A stretch of 12,089 nucleotides of DNA from Octopus sinensis (lineage: Eukaryota), in the NCBI RefSeq assembly GCF_006345805.1, contig NW_021826792.1, forward strand, positions 1-12,089, read 5' to 3'. The notes under the pieces were generated by a model. The model made no database searches. It had not been told where the DNA came from and worked only from the letters and a program-made list of their open reading frames with translations. Of the stretch, positions 8,384 to 12,089 are shown piece by piece. Numbering within the stretch: the first letter of the stretch is position 1; each line of letters opens with the position of its first letter. Made by a program: the position numbers and the translations under genes.

Positions 8384-9366
8384 ACGGACCGGCGGACTGA
8401 CGGACTGACGGACTGACAGACTGACGGACTGACAGACTGACGGACTGACGAACTGACAGACCGACGGACTGATGGACCGACAGACTGACGGACTGACGAA
8501 CCGACAGACTGATGGACCGACGGACTGACGGACTGACGAACCGACAGACCGACGAACTGACGGACTGACGGACCGACGGATTGACGGACTGACGAACCGA
8601 CAGACCGACGGACCGACGGACTGACGGACTGATGGACCGACGGACTGACGGACTGACGGACCGACAGACTGATGGACCGACGGACTGACGGACTGATGAA
8701 CCGATGACCGACGAACTGACGGACTGACGGACCGACATACTGATGGACTGACGGACCGACGGACTGACGGACTGATGAACAGATAGACCGACGAACTGAC
8801 GGACTGACGGATCGACATACTGATGGACTGATGGACCGATGGACTGACGGACTGATGAACAGATAGACCGACGAACTGACGGACTGACGGATCGACATAC
8901 TGATGGACTGATGGACCGACGGACTGACGGACTGATGAACAGATAGACCGACGAACTGACGGACTGACGGATCGACATACTGATGGACTGATGGACCGAC
9001 GGACTGACGGACTGACGGACCGACGGACTGACGGACTGACGGACCGACGGACTGACGGACTGACAGACTGACAGACTGACGGACCGACAGACCGACGGAC
9101 CGACGGACCGACGGACTGACGGACTGACGGACCAATGAACCAAAGGATCGATGAACCGACGGACCGATGAACCGGCGGACAGACTGACGGACTGACGAAC
9201 CGACGGACTGACGAACCGACGGACTGACGGACTGACGGACCGACGGACTGACGAACCGACGGACTGACGGACTGACGAACCAAAGGACCGACGGATCGAC
9301 AGACTGACGGACCGACAGACTGACGGACCGACGGACAGACGGACTGACGCACCAACAGACCGACGG
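8384..9366. repeat. ~1 kb GACG/GACT/GACC/GACA tetranucleotide-based satellite with an 80-bp higher-order repeat
   Basis: 4-nt periodicity throughout. Units 8761-8840, 8841-8920 and 8921-9000 are identical except one base; 8682-8760 is a diverged 79-bp copy. Confidence 0.95.
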
Positions 9367-10114
9367 TTCGAGGGTAAGAGTGAGATTTGCAATCTCAGTC
9401 ACTGATATTCTTTAGAAACCGAGTTAATCCCAGTTCTTGTGAGACTTAAAAGGGTTCACAACAGATCCATATCATCAATGTACAAAAGCTAAACTGCTTT
9501 AACAATTTCTTAGCAGAACCTTCCATAGTTCCGAGCCTTTTTTTCTTTTCCTTTTCATTAAATTAAATTAAATTTATTTCTTCCACTCTTGAAATTCAAG
9601 TCAAAAAAAAAAATCCATTGTTCCAAATTAGTGTTCTAAATACATTTTTCTTCAGAATTATAATTGGAAGTGCATTTGGTTCTTCTTGTAATAGACTCAC
9701 TGACTGTTTATCTCGGGTTTACTTCGTCACTGATCATATTGAACTTCTTATGTATTAGCAATGAACGTCGAAGTCTAACTTAATTATCTTTTCTTTAATT
9801 CGTTTCTAATTTCGTTACAGATTACGTTCTGCTTGTTCCTTCATAAGTACGTGTGTTTTTAAGAACGTAATTTCTTAATTTCTGTTTTCGAAAAGGTAAA
9901 ACGATTTCGAGCATCAAACAGTAAAGTACAGGACAACATTTCAAAACAATTTGTTTTTCTTTTGTTTCGTTTATTTGTTGGGTTTTTTTTTTGTTTTGTT
10001 TTTTGGGGGGGTTTTCTGGGGTTTTTTTTTTTTTTTGGTTTTTTTTTGTTGGTTTGTGCTAAATTCAAATTCCGCAGGGATTGATTATACTACTTATTCC
10101 ACATAGAGGGTAGA

Positions 10115-10166
10115 TTCTTTTCTTTCAAATTTTGTTCTTTTCTTTCAAATTTTGTTCTTTTCTTTC
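10115..10166. repeat. 20-bp tandem duplication (~2.6 copies)
   Basis: TCTTTCAAATTTTGTTCTTT at 10121-10140 and 10141-10160. Confidence 0.9.
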
Positions 10167-10287
10167 TATGATTTTTTTTTTTAGCTTTTCTATTCCAGAA
10201 GGTGTCAAAGAATGATACAATTATGTTACTAATCAACATTTAGTGAGGTAATTTAGTTTGCGTACCTGACCTACAATACACACACGC

Positions 10288-10289
<2 letters not shown>

Positions 10290-10321
<32 letters not shown>

Positions 10322-10358
10322 TATATATTATATATATATATATATCTTATATAATATA
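10290..10358. repeat. (TA)n microsatellite
   Basis: Direct reading. Confidence 0.95.
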
Positions 10359-10398
10359 CAGTCAAAAATTGTGAAGCATGACTGTCACCACAACCACA

Positions 10399-10443
10399 TG
10401 AACCTGAAGATTGCATAATTTAATGCATGAAAGTACTTGTTTG
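10399..10443 (+). ncRNA. Minimal type I hammerhead-like motif (HHR-3)
   Basis: Helix I TGAAC/GTTTG (5 bp, 2 G.U). CTGAAGA 10404-10410. U.U opposition, then helix II TGCAT (10412-10416)/ATGCA (10423-10427). GAAA 10429-10432. Palindrome AGTACT 10432-10437. CUU triplet, predicted cut after 10438. Confidence 0.55.
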
Positions 10444-10565
10444 ACCCCTCTTATTTTATTTTATTATATTATATTATCTTATATTATATCATTATAAGAT
10501 TGTAAATAAAACGTGAAAATCAGACAAGGTTGGAATTCCTTTTATTAATATATATTTACATATAC

Positions 10566-10592
10566 GTGTGTGTGTGTGTGCGTGTGTGTGTG

Positions 10593-10629
<37 letters not shown>
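10566..10629. repeat. (GT)n microsatellite
   Basis: Direct reading, with two GC interruptions. Confidence 0.95.
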
Positions 10630-10634
<5 letters not shown>

Positions 10635-10695
10635 AGAGATAGCAGTCCCCTTCATCACACCATATAAACAAATTTTAGTTTAATACTTACTACTC

Positions 10696-10806
10696 ATTTC
10701 TCAGCTACACGTGTTTCTTGGGGTTCTTTTACGGTTCCTTAAGCACGCGGTGTTTTACAGGAACCTTTCTTAAAATGTAACCCCAATCATCAGGCCCCTA
10801 AGTAAC
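10696..10806 (-). ncRNA. Type I hammerhead ribozyme motif (HHR-4), palindromic helix III
   Basis: On minus: CTGATGA (10793-10787); perfect 8-bp helix II TTGGGGTT/AACCCCAA (10786-10779 with 10725-10718) with an inner 7-bp GGTTCCT/AGGAACC stem; GAAA (10717-10714); palindrome ACACGTGT (10714-10707); GUA triplet, predicted cut between 10706 and 10705. Helix I GTTACTTAG(GGG)C / GCTGAGAAAT has a 3-nt bulge and one mismatch. Confidence 0.78.
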
Positions 10807-11046
10807 TTTATCATAGTTCGATACCAAATACAATATTTTAATTTTAACAGATAAGTATGCGTATGTGTAAATAGGTTCGCCGGACCTTACTATGCAAGCC
10901 ATAATTAAATTCAAATAGAATTAATAAAAATTAAATTAATTAAAATAAAAAATAATAATTTACAAAAACTAAATTCTCACGTAACTTATGTCTATAAACA
11001 TTCATATAAAATTAATAATATGCATATATTATTATATATATCTCGC

Positions 11047-11047
<1 letters not shown>

Positions 11048-11077
<30 letters not shown>

Positions 11078-11245
11078 CGTACATACACACATACACACAT
11101 ACATACATACATACATACATACATACATACATACATGCATACATACATACACACACACACACATACATACATACATGTGTGCATACACACACACATACAT
11201 ACATACATACATACATACATACATACAACATACATACATACATAC
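11048..11245. repeat. (TACA)n/(CA)n microsatellite
   Basis: Direct reading. Confidence 0.95.
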
Positions 11246-11339
11246 GCTCGTGAAATTAACGTGCAAATGGCTGAGTACTCCACAGACACCGCTAAGTATT
11301 TCGTCCGGCGTGCTAATGATTCTGCCAGCTCACTGCCTT
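11246..11339 (-). mobile_element. Fused SINE fragments: head of the 11465-11815 family (11289-11339) joined to an internal piece of another SINE family (11246-11288)
   Basis: 11289-11339 reads AAGGCAGTGAGCTGGCAGAATCATTAGCACGCCGGACGAAATACTTAGCGG on minus (tRNA-like A-box region). Family assignment of both pieces is from recalled Octopus repeats and is unverified. Confidence 0.55.
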
Positions 11340-11393
11340 AAACTAAGTACATTCCATCCGTACCATTACTTTACGGGTACTTTATCAAGGCGA

Positions 11394-11464
11394 GATTTGA
11401 ACCCAGTATGTAAAGAGTCGGAACTAATATGGCAACTCATTTTTGCTGCCACTTTAACGATTCT
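11394..11464 (-). mobile_element. Old diverged SINE head fragment
   Basis: GATTTGAACCCAG...TTAACGATTCT parallels AATTTGAACTCAG (11614-11626) plus CTAATGATTCT (11313-11323) within this window; B-box GGTTCAAATC on minus. Confidence 0.5.
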
Positions 11465-11815
11465 TATTTCTTTATTGCCCACAATGGACTAAACATAGAG
11501 GGGTCAAACAAGGACAGACAAAGGGATTAAGTCGATTACATCGACCCCAGTGCATAACTGGTACTTAACTTATCGACCCTGAAAGGATGAAAGGCAAAGT
11601 CGACCTCGGCGGAATTTGAACTCAGAACGTAACGACAAACGAAATACCTATTTCTTTATTACCCACAAGGGGCTAAACACAGAGAGGACAAACAAGGGCA
11701 AACAAATGGATTAAGTCGATTATATCGACCCCAGTGCTTAACTGGCACTTATTTAATCGACCCCGAATGGATGAAAAGCAAAGTCGACCTCGGCGGAATT
11801 TGAACTCAGAGCGTA
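11465..11815 (-). mobile_element. Head-to-tail dimer of a 5'-truncated tRNA-derived SINE (184-bp unit 11465-11648 and 167-bp unit 11649-11815)
   Basis: Two clearly homologous units. B-box GAGTTCAAATTCC on minus, followed by CTTTCATCCTTTC.GGGTCGATAA.TTAAGTACC, which resembles the Meta/MESC-type SINE central domain (recalled, unverified). Tail AATAAAGAAATA. Confidence 0.85.
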
Positions 11816-11866
11816 GGATAACAACAGGATAAGCAAAAGTTTATCAGGAAACAAATACAAATAAAA

Positions 11867-12029
11867 TAATCAGAAAATAGAGAAAACCTCAGATTAACAA
11901 ACACATCGATTGGACTACATGTTACGCCACCTATGTACTGTTATGTCATGCTTTGTATTCAAAAATATCCTATAAGTGTGGTCCAATCTATGTGTTTGTT
12001 AATCAGAGGTTTTCTCCGTTTTCCGATTA
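11867..12029. mobile_element. Small fold-back element or MITE with 53-bp inverted arms
   Basis: 11867-11919 versus the reverse complement of 11977-12029: 47/53 identical, no gaps, 57-nt spacer. Confidence 0.75.
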
Positions 12030-12036
12030 CTTGTTA

Positions 12037-12089
12037 TTATATATATATATATATATATAGATATATATATATATATAATATATATAAAT
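12037..12089. repeat. (TA)n microsatellite, runs off the window
   Basis: Direct reading. Confidence 0.95.

Noticed and set aside
8384-9366. Many CTGACGA/CTGATGA heptamers and a CRISPR-like periodic look in the satellite
   Set aside because: No helix II followed by GAAA, no palindromic helix III and no unique spacers; the heptamers are by-products of the GACN repeat.
8284-9402. Three long minus-strand ORFs (372, 349 and 336 aa) rich in SVRQ/SVGP
   Set aside because: All three frames are open because the 4-nt satellite lacks stop codons on that strand; there is no sign of real coding.
9471-9482. YIDD motif on minus resembling a reverse transcriptase active site
   Set aside because: Closely flanked by stops, with no other RT motifs.
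9649-9655. Minus-strand CTGAAGA
   Set aside because: No downstream helix II, GAAA and helix III arrangement.
9821-9871. 10-bp inverted repeat ATTACGTTCT/AGAACGTAAT
   Set aside because: Short, isolated and AT-rich; may be chance.
10199-10247. Candidate exon between TTCCAG and GTAATT
   Set aside because: Stop codons in all three frames and no independent support.

Overview
AT-rich, repeat-dominated eukaryotic non-coding DNA (intronic or intergenic). The SINE families and the (TA)n/(TACA)n/(GATA)n load suggest a coleoid cephalopod such as Octopus; this is inferred from recalled repeat families, not from a search. No intact protein-coding gene is supportable. The long ORFs in the track come from microsatellite, satellite or transposon-relic sequence. 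Supported content: a 5'-truncated CR1/L2-type LINE 3' end, an internally deleted mariner with both TIRs, a truncated mariner-derived MITE, several tRNA-derived SINE copies, one tRNA-Ser(AGA) with stem mismatches lying between two divergent SINE copies, a ~1 kb GACN satellite with an 80-bp higher-order repeat, and two fold-back elements. The main observation is four type I hammerhead ribozyme motifs, unrelated outside the core: 2707-2804 (+), 3247-3329 (-), 10399-10443 (+) and 10696-10806 (-). Each has CUGANGA, helix II, GAAA, a different palindromic helix III and an NUH triplet. Helix I is strong in the first, bulged in the fourth, short in the third and absent in the second. This architecture matches dimer-dependent hammerheads of Penelope-like elements and retrozymes. 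Catalytic activity and expression cannot be judged from sequence alone.
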